NCBI GenBank assembly: GCA_947623825.1
Contig: CANQHQ010000003.1
Location: 4,220 to 68,219 of the forward strand
Direction: 5' to 3'
DNA length: 64,000 nucleotides
Source of the DNA: an uncultured Bacilli bacterium
GTDB taxonomy: Bacteria > Bacillota_I > Bacilli_A > RF39 > UBA660
The notes under the pieces were generated by a model. It did no database searches. It was given only the letters and a program-made list of their open reading frames with translations, and was not told where the DNA came from. A program made the position numbers and the translations under genes. This document shows positions 1 to 10,398 of the stretch, piece after piece; the first letter of the stretch is position 1; the number at the start of each line of letters is the position of its first letter.

Positions 1-1306
1 CCGCCGGTACTTCGTAGGTTGTACTCTTTGTCGGTTTCCAATCTAAATTTCCACGGTCTGGCATGGTTCCTTCCAATAATTTCCCATTGACCCATGCGTT
101 TTTCCCTTTTAAAATATTTCCTTCTGCAGCTGTTGCCTTCGTATTAGCATCTAAAGTTGTAACTGTAATCTTTCCCGTTCCGTCGTGATATCCTTCCGGT
201 ATCATGTATATATCTCCTGGATTCATGGTTTTTTGCACGCCATGATTGTTTGGCATACTTCCTATCACTTTTGTTCCATTTACCCAGGCTTCTTTCCCAG
301 TTAGAATCTCCTTTGCTTTCGCTGTTCCCTGTGTTCCATTCTTTAGGGCTGTCGAAGTACAAGCATGGAGCGTTTGAGTTGTCACGATACTTATATTTCC
401 TAGATGGTCTTTCGCATAAATTGGAGTTTCAGTTCCTACTGCTAATACCTTACTTGTATCTCCCACCCAACTTTCTCCTTTATCAAAGGAATAGATTTCT
501 CCATTTACATCCACTCCTACTCCGTTATCTTTCACACTATTCTTGTCGATGGATACTTCTAATTCGTCTTTCGATAAAAGTACATCTTCATTCGCAACTA
601 AACGAAACTCTGGCCCTAAACTATCTCCTTTTATCAAATGTCTAGTGGCTTCACTAATGTTTTCTCCTTCATCGACCGCTCTTACAAAGATATTTCCATT
701 ATAATTTGTATACGTATGTTCCTCATTTTCCATTTTTATCCAATTGATAAAATCCAAACTATATTCCATGTCTTTTATTGGTAAATTATAAGGACTACTA
801 CTGTTGTATTTCGCATAGATATGCTTTGCCCACTCTCCTTCTTTGTAAGGTTCCCCATTTTCGTTATCTTGCTTCAATGTGTATTCTACTTTGAACTTTC
901 CGTTGACTCCTTTACAAGCGAGTGGAATGGGATCAGACTCATGCATCAATGTTCCTGCTTCATCATGACAGTTCAAATAATATTCATAGTTATATCCATC
1001 ACTGATTCTCTTTCTTACAATCACACTTCCACTACAAGTAATTCCCTCTTCCTCTACTAATTCTTCATCCAATAAGGCTTGATAGGGAATATTAAAACAA
1101 TCCGCTGTTTCATTATTAAATTCTCCTCGATAATTCTTAACATACAATTTCACTGCCTCATCCACAATTTTTTCATGAATACGATATTTCTTTTGCGAAT
1201 TATTATACGTTAAATTTCGAACAGAAGGAATGGCAATTACCATGACCAACCCCATAATAATTACTACTGTCAACAACTCGATTAATGTAAAACCCTTATT
1301 CTTATT
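1..1306 (-). CDS. Type IV pilin-like / prepilin N-terminal domain protein, large (>430 aa). Partial: it runs past the window start. GTG start.
   Basis: I translated the minus strand by hand. After an in-frame TAG, a GTG at 1306..1304 begins MKNKGFTLIELLTVVIIMGLVMVIAIPSV, the classic prepilin peptidase site G|FTLIE followed by a hydrophobic helix. I spot-checked the frame at about seven places down to nt 60 and it stays open. There is no stop inside the window, which explains why it is missing from the ORF track. A TATAAT -10 lies about 30 nt upstream of the GTG. An approximately 20-aa motif (ILxGKxAWVNGxxxxGxMP) occurs twice, about 60 aa apart. Confidence 0.6.
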
Positions 1307-1402
1307 CTTCACTCTATCACTCTACTTTCTAGTAAGATTATACCCTTTTTTTCTTCGATTTGGCAATACCTTTCGACGGATTGATATGCAAAAAAAGAAC
1401 GA

Positions 1403-2611
1403 TCACTCGCTCTTTTTATGTTTTTTTAATTCTTGGTTCACTAGTTTTTTATAAGCCTCTACTCCTGGCTGATTAAAAGGATTCACATCTAGTAAATATC
1501 CACCAATTGCCGCAGCCATTTCTTCAAAGTAAATCCATTTTCCTATTTCCATAGGAGAAAGTTCCGAAAGCGTAAAGAGGATACTTGGCGTATTTCCACT
1601 TTCATGGGCTTCCATTACTTTTTCCAAAACCAAATGATTTAATTCATTCATCGAAAGGTCATAATTTTCTAGCGTCAGATCTTCGGTTTCTTCTATCTTC
1701 CATACGGTTTCAAAAACATTTTTCGTGCCCTCTTGAAGATATTGTCCAATCGAATGAAGATTAGTTGTATTTTCATTTACGATGGGAAGAATTCCCTTTC
1801 CTTCTTTCCCTTGTGTTTCCGCGAACAATTGTTGTGCCCAAGCCGCAAAAGAAGATAATTTTTCTTCATAAATCGTATTGGCTTCTATCGTATAACCATC
1901 TTCTTCCAAATGTTTTCTTACTAGTGCGTATTGGGCGGCCTCGTCGAAACAGTTACGATTGAAGTTAGCACCCGTTAAAAGAGAAAGAAAATCGATTCCT
2001 GCCACAGCGATTGGAAATAACCCTACTGGAGATAATACGGAATACCTTCCTCCAATTTGTCTTGGGACAGTCAATGTCTCCAAATGATTTTCGGTCGCAA
2101 ATTTTCTTAGTTTTCCTTCTTCTTTATCGGTAGTTACAATGATTCTTTTCTCATAATCAGAAAAATGTTCTTTCATATACTTGTAAATTTTTTCAAAGGC
2201 AATCGATGGTTCTAGAGTTCCTCCCGATTTGGAGATGACATTGACATAGACACTTTTTCCTTCGAGATACATTAAAAGTTCTTTCAAGTAACTCGAAGAT
2301 AAGTGGTTCCCAGCGAAAAGAATTTCTGGCTTGTTCTTTTGAAAATAAGGTTGAAGTGCTTCGATTACAGCCCTACTACCTAAATAAGATCCTCCGATAC
2401 CAATGACAACGAAAACATCGGCTTGATTTCGAATCTCGCTCGCAAGAAGGGAGATCTTTTTCTTCTCCTCTTCCTCGATACAAGTTTCTACATCTAGCCA
2501 GTCTAACATCTCTTGCTTTTGGTTCATCTTCTCTTTGATTTCTTCTAATTTTTTTCTTTCTTCTTCCGAACATGTATTCCATTTTTTTGCATGTGTGAAA
2601 TCTATTTTCAT
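1403..2611 (-). CDS. pgi: Glucose-6-phosphate isomerase (Gram-positive type)
   Basis: 402 aa. Contains the GIGGSYLG and GGRYSVLSPVGL motifs typical of PGI. The start overlaps the stop of the upstream giant gene (coupled). Confidence 0.9.
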   Translation of the reverse strand: MKIDFTHAKKWNTCSEEERKKLEEIKEKMNQKQEMLDWLDVETCIEEEEKKKISLLASEIRNQADVFVVIGIGGSYLGSRAVIEALQPYFQKNKPEILFAGNHLSSSYLKELLMYLEGKSVYVNVISKSGGTLEPSIAFEKIYKYMKEHFSDYEKRIIVTTDKEEGKLRKFATENHLETLTVPRQIGGRYSVLSPVGLFPIAVAGIDFLSLLTGANFNRNCFDEAAQYALVRKHLEEDGYTIEANTIYEEKLSSFAAWAQQLFAETQGKEGKGILPIVNENTTNLHSIGQYLQEGTKNVFETVWKIEETEDLTLENYDLSMNELNHLVLEKVMEAHESGNTPSILFTLSELSPMEIGKWIYFEEMAAAIGGYLLDVNPFNQPGVEAYKKLVNQELKKHKKSE

Positions 2612-5600
2612 TCTTCTTTCACCTCGATTTGAACTTCGTGTACCTTCTTATCATTTACTAATCGAATTTCTTTTGCTTCTACTCCATCGATTAGAATTCG
2701 TTTTTCCTTTTTCTTTTGTACTTGGATATGGTATTCTGTTTCCTCATAGTGATAAGTTAATTCTATGGTACTCCATTCTTTTCCCATTTGTGGATGAATT
2801 TCTAGTTTGTCTTTTCGTTTCTGGAAACCTAGTAGATTTTCTAATCCAATTCGATAAAACCATCCACTCGATCCTGTATACCAAGTCCATCCTCCTCGTC
2901 CACGATGATTTGGATTCGAATAGATATCCGCCGCAATGACATATGGTTCGGTCCTATACGTCTTTGTATCTTTTTCTGTTTTGGTACGGTGAATTGGGTT
3001 TACCATCTGGAAGATTTTTAAGGCTTCCTCTTCTCTCTTTAATTTTAAGAGCGATAAGATATACCAAGAAACGGCATGAGTATATTGTCCTCCATTTTCT
3101 CTTACCCCTATCGGATAATCCATAATATAACCCGCATAATTTCTACTGTTTTTAAAGGCTGGAGTTAACAATTTTACAATTTTGATATTTTTATCGACCA
3201 ATTGGTCTTCGACACAACGAAGAACACTTTCGATTCTTTCTTTTGGAATCACTTCTGATAAGATAGAAAAACTTTGCGATATTAAATCGATTTTACATTC
3301 TTCGCTTTCTTTGCTTCCTACTTTGGTTCCATCATCGAAGAAAGCACGTAAATAATATTCTCCATCCCATGCCTGTTCATTGATATTTTTCTTTAATTCT
3401 TCCCGCGCCTTTTCATATTTTTCGGTAGAAAGGTTCTTATCGTATTTTTTGGTTAACTGAATGAACTTCTCTAAGACGTCGTAGAAGAAGAAGGCAAGCC
3501 AAACACTTTCTCCTTTTCCTTGGATTCCGATTTGGTTCATTCCATCGTTCCAATCTCCTCCACCCATATGAGGAAGTCCGTGTTCTCCTAAATCATTCAA
3601 TGTCCGTTCGATAGCGAGACGGCAGTGTTCATACAAGGAAGCGGTTTCTTCACTCAAAGTAAAGTCTTCTCCTCGTTCTTCCTCAAAATCTTGAAGAAGA
3701 CTTCCTTGGGCAAAAGGAATTTGTTCTTTCAAAATAGAAGTATCTTCGGTGACTTCGATATAATCATTCGTTGCGTAGACAAGCCATAAATAGTCATCTT
3801 TGAAGCGACTTCGCAATCCAAAATTCTTTGGTTCTAACCACCAGTGAAGTACGTCTCCTTCCTGGAATTGATGACTGGCATTTTTCAAAATTTGTTTTCT
3901 AGCCAATGCCGGATAGATACTACGAAGATTCATCGTATCTTGTAATTGGTCTCGATATCCAAAAGCCCCACTTACTTGATAGAATCCAGCCCGAGCGAGA
4001 ATTCGTCCGACAATCGTTTGATATAAGTACCAACCATTCATCATGTAATCGAAACTTGGGTCATTGGTTTTTACTTGTACTGTTTCGAGTGTTTTCTTCC
4101 AGAAGGCTTTGACTTTCGATAATTCTTTTTCATACTCTTTCGTGGAAGCGTACTTTTCTTTGATTTCTTTAATTTCTTCTAGATTTCCGCCCACTCCCAG
4201 GATAAATCCGATCTTCTTCTTTTCTTTTCCTTTGAGTTCGATAAAAGTTTGAACAGATTTCACAAGAATTTTATCACCGTTCATTTCGTTAATCGGTTCC
4301 GTCGAAGTTACAAAGATAAGGTTCTCTCGATATTCTTTACTATAAACGTTTCGAAGGGTCATCCAGTTTTCTTCTGGATAGGTTTCCGTTAGTAAGTATC
4401 GACTGGTTTTCTCTTCTAGATTTCCTAAAACAGGATTCAACCAATAAGCAACGTCATATTGTTTGGTTTCTTCTGTTAAATTTTCTATCTCGAAAAGATA
4501 AAATTTTACTTTTTCTTCGGTCGCTACAAATTCCGTCAAAGTCTCTTTCAACTCTTTGGTTTGACTTTCAAAAATGGTATATCCGAATCCATGTCTTGCG
4601 ATACTTGGGTAAAAACTTTCTTGATTGATGCGAATTCCTTCCGACTGATCGAAGGAAACGATATCATTCGTCCAAGAAGTAAGCTTGAATTCTTGACTGT
4701 TATAGGCATAGGTAAAGCCACTCGCATTATTACTTACCAACGTACCAAATTGGGCATTCGCAAGGATATTGAACCATGGAGTTGGCGTATCTGGTGTCGT
4801 GATGACATATTCTTTTCCTTCGTTCGCAAAACCACCAAAGCCATTGGCAAAGGCAAGATTTTTTTCTGGTGGAGCGGGAAGATTCTTTTGTTTTTGAATC
4901 GGTTGATACGTACTCGCACTGTTTTGGGCTTGTAGTGCTTCAATATAAGAATGCATCGAATCATGTTCCCTACTATCCAAACGAAGACGAGCGACCACAT
5001 TAAATAACAATTGTTCTTCCTTGGTCATATCATCAGAATGAATATAGAAAATCTTTCCAGGACGATTGCCAAAAGAATTCGTCTTATAGATTTGATAAAT
5101 CGTAAAATCAATTTCTTCTTTGATTCGTTTTTCGTACTGCTTCTTTTCATCGTTGATGATAATGACATCAACAAAAATTCCCTTCGTTTTAAAATATTCG
5201 TAGGCCTTCAATAGTTGTTTTGCCAAACTGATGGCACTCAGATCATGGATTGTTAAAGTAATCATCGGTCGATCACCAGAGACTCCAAACTTCCAGAGAG
5301 AATCTTGCGCTAGAACATTTCTCTTCAAGAGTTCTTTTCTTTCTTCATTGATGTTCATTTTACTTGTCTGATACAAATAATTTAACATGATATTGTAAAG
5401 TCTCATATCTCGACCTGTAATGTTTAGTTTTTTACAGTTCGAAAGATTCGTGATGGTGGCAAGTTCAAATTCTTCTTCGATTGAAGATTCATTCTCATAG
5501 AATTTCGCAATATCAATGACTTGATTTCGACTCGTTCCAAAGCAGTTCAAAATATAAATTTCTCTGGATTCTTCTGGGGCAAGAGAAATGGTGTTTCTCA

Positions 5601-8600
5601 TACTCATGACAGGATCAATTGGGGTCGCTGCTTCATTGGAAAGTTTTCCTTCAAGGGCAATTGGATTCGTCGCCGTACGATTTCTTCCGATAAATTGAAC
5701 TCGTTGCGTCTCGTATTCGTAATCTTTTTCTGTATCTGGAATATAAAGGCGATGAAGCAAATAATAACGATCGGGACGATTTCGTAAAGTTCGTTTCATA
5801 ATTAAAGCATTGACATTCGTATCGTATTCACTCTCTAAGAAAAGATTATTGAACGTTCGATGCGTTACATCGTTAATATTCTCCGTAATGGTTGGTTCTA
5901 GATACGTGGTAAGTTCTAGTGTTTTCTTTGTCTTGGCATTGTTTTTGATGGTTACTTTTCGAATTTCGGCATTATACATCGTACTGACAATGATTTCCGT
6001 CGTCGTCGCAACCTCGTTTTCAACCAAAACATATTTCAAACGATCGGAAGCAAAAACTACTTCATATTTTTCTGGTTTCCGGTTGATTGGGGCATAAGTA
6101 TTACTCCAAATTTTGCCATTTTCGGTATCTTTGAGGTAAAGAAAGGTTCCATAATCTTGTTCCGTTACCTTGCGATACCGATTTAATTGAATTTCTTTAT
6201 AACGACTGAATCCATTTCCTCTATCGTTCATCAATACTGTATACTTCGAATTTGAAATCGCACTCACTTCTGGTAAATCGGAAGGACAAGTAAAGTAACG
6301 CATATCATTTTCAATGACTTCTTTTTCATAGTTAAATCGTTTGTACTTCGCAATCTTCCAATCGATGACAGGATTTAATTGAATCTTTTCTTTTGTCAAA
6401 ATCTCAAAAGCCCGATTATTGGTATCTTCCATAAAATAGTCTTGGATGATTCCATTCTTTAGATAATTGGTAAGCGAAGAAAGAATCATTCCCTGATGAT
6501 GAGAGAAGAACGCCCGAACTGGTTTTTTGGTCTTTGTATCATACGATTCATAGAATCCGTAAGGGGTTTCTAATCCCAATTTTCTTAGTTTATGAATGTT
6601 TTTATACACTTCTTTTGGTTTTTCGATCGTCACAAGAATCGAACTATAAGGAGAAATAACAAGATGCGTATCGTTTACTTCTTGTAATTTTAGATAAGGG
6701 ACAGAGAACGTTTTATATTTATAATTGACTCCATTATCTAATTCGTCATAGGCACATTCACTAATTCCCCATGGTAAATGACGATTTCTTTCCTGCATAT
6801 AAGCTCTTTGACAGAAATAAGCAAAATCGTAACTTTCATCTAAGAGAGTGTTTGGATAACTCTTCATAAAGATGAGAGGCATGTAGTATTCAAAAAGAGA
6901 CCCAGCCCAAGAAGCAACTCCTTTATGATGTCGAAATTTCGTTAGTGTTTTATCGAGGCAAAACCAATGTTTACTTGGTACATCTCCTTTCGCTATCGCT
7001 ACATAACTGAGTAGACGACTTTCACTAGCGAAGCGGTTGTATTTATAAACGGAACATTCATTTTCAAAATCGTTGTATCCCACACTGAAGACTTCTTCTT
7101 TCGTATATAATTTTGAAAAATCTGTTTGTTGAATCAAAAGACGACAACGATTCGCTAATCTTTCTTCCCCTATTTTTTTGAGAAATTCTTTGGTTACGAT
7201 GAGACAAGCAACAAAATTTCCACTATCTACCGAAGAGACAAAGTGTGGGAATAATACTTTCAATGTTTCTGTTTGATACCAGTTATATAAATGTCCATTC
7301 CATTTGTCTAGTTTCTCTATCGTTTCTAGAATTTTTTCCATATAGAAAGTGGCTTCATTCTTTTTGATGAAACCAAGTTCATAGGCAGAAACAACCGCAA
7401 GGAAAGAAAATCCGATATCGGTAGGAGAAGTTTTATTATCCCGTGCATAAGCGCGATTTTCTTGATAGTTATCAGGAATTAAGTAATGGTATTCTTCCGT
7501 TAAATTTTCTTCAAAGAACTTCCATGTCTTATGGGCGATAGCTTCTATATCTTTTGTTTCTTCTTTCGAAAGTTCCTGTGTCCGATTTCTTCTTGTTTCC
7601 TTACTGATGTAATACGTGATATAAGGCGCAAGAGAGAACGTTAAACTGATACACAAAGCAGAAATAAAGTTAGAATTTTGTCCAAATAGATAAGTGAAGA
7701 GAAGAAGGATAAAAATGATAAAGTAATTGGCTTTGAAGTTTTCAATATAATTCGTTAACGTATTTTTTATAGTCTTCTCTGCTTCTTCCGCGGTTAGCCA
7801 ACTGAGCAAATGTTTTTTACTGATGATCATCCGATATAAAGAGCGAAAAATCGCATCTAAATAAAGCGCGGCTTTATAAGGAAGGGTCGTAAAAGAAATA
7901 ATGGTTCTTAAAATGACCGCTTCTCCACTTTTAATGATATTCGTATATGGTTTTACTTTTACTTTTCTTGTGAATTGATGACTCAACTTTTCTGTTATAT
8001 AGAAAATGAGTGGCATCGCGATAACGAATAATACATAGATACTCCATCCCGTTAAATAACTGTGCGAACTGAAGTAAGCAAATAATAAGATAACAAGTAA
8101 GAAAAACTCGATGAGGCAACGTCGTAAGTTATCAAAAATTTTCCATCTTTCTAAAAGCGTCAACGGATTTTTATACTTTTTCCCTTGTTCATCTTTTACG
8201 TATGGGAAGAGCCATGGTAAGACCTGTGTATCGCCACGCATCCAACGATGATGCCTTGTCATATCCGTCAAATATTGACTACAAAAATCATCGAATAATT
8301 CAATATTGGAAGTGTATCCACTATGAAGATAGTTGCTTTCTACCAAATCGTGGGAAAGAATGAGTCCTGTTGGGAAACGATGGTCAATGACTTCGTCGTA
8401 CACTTTTAAGTGATAAATTCCTTTTCCCATAAAGCTTCCTTCGTGGAACACATCTTGATAGAAATTCGAAATTAACGTGTTGTATACGTCAAATCCACCG
8501 AGTCCAGCGAAGAGTTCTGCATAAAGAGAACGATTGGATGATTCGACATCGACACTTAGTTTCGGTTGCAAAATTCCATATCCTTGTACTACTTTATTTC

Positions 8601-10299
8601 TTTCTTTATTCAACACGGGTTGATTGAGAGGATGCGCCATTGTTCCAACTAAATCCGCTACACTACCAACGACAAGTTTGGTATCGGCATCTAGTGTAAT
8701 CACATATTTTATCTTTTCTTTTAAACTGTGTAACGTCTCTACTTTAAAAAATTTTTGTACTTCTTCTTTCGGCATTTTATTTAAGAGAAGCCGGTTAAAA
8801 TGAATCAAAGCTCCTCTTTTTCTTTCCCAACCGAGATAAGAATCTTCTGTCTCGTGATATACGCGATTTCGGTAAAGGAAAAAGAAACGTTCTTCTTGAT
8901 ATTTTTCGTTTAATTCTTTGCATTTTTGGATTCCATAAGCGGCTACTTCTTCATCGTGAGGAACCGCTTCTTGCTTTTGTTCACTACAATCTCCTAATAA
9001 AGCAAAATAGAGATGGTCCATCCGGTTTGCAAGAAATCCTGATTCTAAATTCGAGAACATAGCATCGATTTTTTTCTTATCCTTCAAAATGGTTGGAATC
9101 ACTACCATCGTTGCTTCACTTTCGCGAATTCCTTTTGAAAAATCTAATTTAGGAAGGGCTTTCGGTTTTAACTCTGTCGTTAAAATTCGATTCAAAATGG
9201 TAATGACAATTTCACTCGAAGGAATCCATAAAATGAGAAATCCAAGAAGTTTCTGTTCGGTCAGATAAGGGGCAAGTCCATAACTGATGGCACTCGTAAA
9301 CAAGAGAATAATGGTAAAATACAAGAATTCTCTTCTTTTTCGATTGGGCTCTTTTAAAAGATAGAAACCAATATGCTTCTTTTCTCTAGTACTTTGCGCA
9401 ATCAATCTTCGGACATAAATTAATTCACTCACCTTTTGTTTTTTGGCAAGTTTTACAATTCTTTCCCGATACATATTTTTAGAATCGGCATCCATCATTC
9501 GATAGGTACGATCACTATTCAATTCTTCTTCGGTTTCACTAATTTCTTCATAAATCGATTCGAGTTTGAGATGCTCATTCATCTTTAAAATGAGGAATAA
9601 ATTACTGATGACTAAATTCTTTTTGATTCTGTCTTCATAGACTTCATTTAATACCCTTTTTAGATTGGTATTATTTCTTTCTAAGTTTTCGTTTAATTCG
9701 TAAAATACTTGACTAGCCCCGCGATTTAAACGGTAAAGATTTTCATTTAGATATTCGATATAGATAGGATAATTGATGATATCTTCCTTAATTGTGATAT
9801 ATTTATGGATATCATCTTCCGGATGTTTCAAAAGTTTTTTTCCAAGAAAGACAATATCACTTTCTGCCCTTTTTCTTTCTAACATGGCACTTTTTTCAGC
9901 TACACATAATTCTTTTACTTTGTGAATAATTACCATAGATAGAATTGGACGAATTCGTTGAAGTCCTTGATAGGTAAAACTGATTTTATTATTCTTTTGA
10001 TAATATTTCAAATGACGAAACATACTTCTTTTCGTCATTTTATAATTGTTATTTTCCAAATAGTTCGTTAAAACATTCCAAAGTAGTTCACTCGTTTCTT
10101 TGGTATTACGAATCAACTTTTCATCGGCATAGATTTCTTCAATCATATTTTGATGCTCTAATAAGGTGGCATAGTTATCCAAAATCCACTCATTTAAGGC
10201 CCCGATGGGTTGATGGTTTTTTGTCTTCTTTACCAAAAAATTATAATATTTGGAAATGATTCTTAAATCCTTTTTAAACTCTCTATATCTTTTATACAT
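2608..10299 (-). CDS. Cyclic beta-1,2-glucan synthase-like giant protein (Cgs/NdvB/ChvB architecture). It has a membrane-embedded GT84 glycosyltransferase domain and a C-terminal GH94 glycoside phosphorylase-like domain.
   Basis: The N-terminal half has multiple transmembrane segments and a GT84 block: ITLDADTKLVVGSVADLVGTMAHPLNQPV ... GYGILQP ... LSHDL ... HHRWMRGDTQVLPW. These match the Cgs motifs TLDADT, MAHPLN, GYGILQP and HRWxRGDWQ. The C-terminal half carries GH94 signatures: GYRDQLQD, HWW, GGDWNDGMN, ENGGQYTHAVSW and GRGGWTWYTGSSGW. The ORF-track start (10332) is a TTG. The ATG at 10299 (MYKRYREFKK) has a GGGTGA Shine-Dalgarno 6 nt upstream and is preferred; it gives 2563 aa. Confidence 0.8.
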   Translation of the reverse strand: MYKRYREFKKDLRIISKYYNFLVKKTKNHQPIGALNEWILDNYATLLEHQNMIEEIYADEKLIRNTKETSELLWNVLTNYLENNNYKMTKRSMFRHLKYYQKNNKISFTYQGLQRIRPILSMVIIHKVKELCVAEKSAMLERKRAESDIVFLGKKLLKHPEDDIHKYITIKEDIINYPIYIEYLNENLYRLNRGASQVFYELNENLERNNTNLKRVLNEVYEDRIKKNLVISNLFLILKMNEHLKLESIYEEISETEEELNSDRTYRMMDADSKNMYRERIVKLAKKQKVSELIYVRRLIAQSTREKKHIGFYLLKEPNRKRREFLYFTIILLFTSAISYGLAPYLTEQKLLGFLILWIPSSEIVITILNRILTTELKPKALPKLDFSKGIRESEATMVVIPTILKDKKKIDAMFSNLESGFLANRMDHLYFALLGDCSEQKQEAVPHDEEVAAYGIQKCKELNEKYQEERFFFLYRNRVYHETEDSYLGWERKRGALIHFNRLLLNKMPKEEVQKFFKVETLHSLKEKIKYVITLDADTKLVVGSVADLVGTMAHPLNQPVLNKERNKVVQGYGILQPKLSVDVESSNRSLYAELFAGLGGFDVYNTLISNFYQDVFHEGSFMGKGIYHLKVYDEVIDHRFPTGLILSHDLVESNYLHSGYTSNIELFDDFCSQYLTDMTRHHRWMRGDTQVLPWLFPYVKDEQGKKYKNPLTLLERWKIFDNLRRCLIEFFLLVILLFAYFSSHSYLTGWSIYVLFVIAMPLIFYITEKLSHQFTRKVKVKPYTNIIKSGEAVILRTIISFTTLPYKAALYLDAIFRSLYRMIISKKHLLSWLTAEEAEKTIKNTLTNYIENFKANYFIIFILLLFTYLFGQNSNFISALCISLTFSLAPYITYYISKETRRNRTQELSKEETKDIEAIAHKTWKFFEENLTEEYHYLIPDNYQENRAYARDNKTSPTDIGFSFLAVVSAYELGFIKKNEATFYMEKILETIEKLDKWNGHLYNWYQTETLKVLFPHFVSSVDSGNFVACLIVTKEFLKKIGEERLANRCRLLIQQTDFSKLYTKEEVFSVGYNDFENECSVYKYNRFASESRLLSYVAIAKGDVPSKHWFCLDKTLTKFRHHKGVASWAGSLFEYYMPLIFMKSYPNTLLDESYDFAYFCQRAYMQERNRHLPWGISECAYDELDNGVNYKYKTFSVPYLKLQEVNDTHLVISPYSSILVTIEKPKEVYKNIHKLRKLGLETPYGFYESYDTKTKKPVRAFFSHHQGMILSSLTNYLKNGIIQDYFMEDTNNRAFEILTKEKIQLNPVIDWKIAKYKRFNYEKEVIENDMRYFTCPSDLPEVSAISNSKYTVLMNDRGNGFSRYKEIQLNRYRKVTEQDYGTFLYLKDTENGKIWSNTYAPINRKPEKYEVVFASDRLKYVLVENEVATTTEIIVSTMYNAEIRKVTIKNNAKTKKTLELTTYLEPTITENINDVTHRTFNNLFLESEYDTNVNALIMKRTLRNRPDRYYLLHRLYIPDTEKDYEYETQRVQFIGRNRTATNPIALEGKLSNEAATPIDPVMSMRNTISLAPEESREIYILNCFGTSRNQVIDIAKFYENESSIEEEFELATITNLSNCKKLNITGRDMRLYNIMLNYLYQTSKMNINEERKELLKRNVLAQDSLWKFGVSGDRPMITLTIHDLSAISLAKQLLKAYEYFKTKGIFVDVIIINDEKKQYEKRIKEEIDFTIYQIYKTNSFGNRPGKIFYIHSDDMTKEEQLLFNVVARLRLDSREHDSMHSYIEALQAQNSASTYQPIQKQKNLPAPPEKNLAFANGFGGFANEGKEYVITTPDTPTPWFNILANAQFGTLVSNNASGFTYAYNSQEFKLTSWTNDIVSFDQSEGIRINQESFYPSIARHGFGYTIFESQTKELKETLTEFVATEEKVKFYLFEIENLTEETKQYDVAYWLNPVLGNLEEKTSRYLLTETYPEENWMTLRNVYSKEYRENLIFVTSTEPINEMNGDKILVKSVQTFIELKGKEKKKIGFILGVGGNLEEIKEIKEKYASTKEYEKELSKVKAFWKKTLETVQVKTNDPSFDYMMNGWYLYQTIVGRILARAGFYQVSGAFGYRDQLQDTMNLRSIYPALARKQILKNASHQFQEGDVLHWWLEPKNFGLRSRFKDDYLWLVYATNDYIEVTEDTSILKEQIPFAQGSLLQDFEEERGEDFTLSEETASLYEHCRLAIERTLNDLGEHGLPHMGGGDWNDGMNQIGIQGKGESVWLAFFFYDVLEKFIQLTKKYDKNLSTEKYEKAREELKKNINEQAWDGEYYLRAFFDDGTKVGSKESEECKIDLISQSFSILSEVIPKERIESVLRCVEDQLVDKNIKIVKLLTPAFKNSRNYAGYIMDYPIGVRENGGQYTHAVSWYILSLLKLKREEEALKIFQMVNPIHRTKTEKDTKTYRTEPYVIAADIYSNPNHRGRGGWTWYTGSSGWFYRIGLENLLGFQKRKDKLEIHPQMGKEWSTIELTYHYEETEYHIQVQKKKEKRILIDGVEAKEIRLVNDKKVHEVQIEVKEE

Positions 10300-10398
10300 C
10301 GATATCACCCTACTCCTACTATAGTATATCAAAAATTCCCCTCATTCGGAAGTCAAAGTAGGAAAAAAATAAAAGGAAGGGGAAGTTTTTTCCCTTTC

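Noticed and set aside
250-1060. Plus-strand ORFs 250..645 and 821..1060 (and the minus-strand 144..362)
   Set aside because: They are leucine/serine/phenylalanine-rich low-complexity translations that lie opposite to, or out of frame with, the long open minus-strand pilin-like frame.
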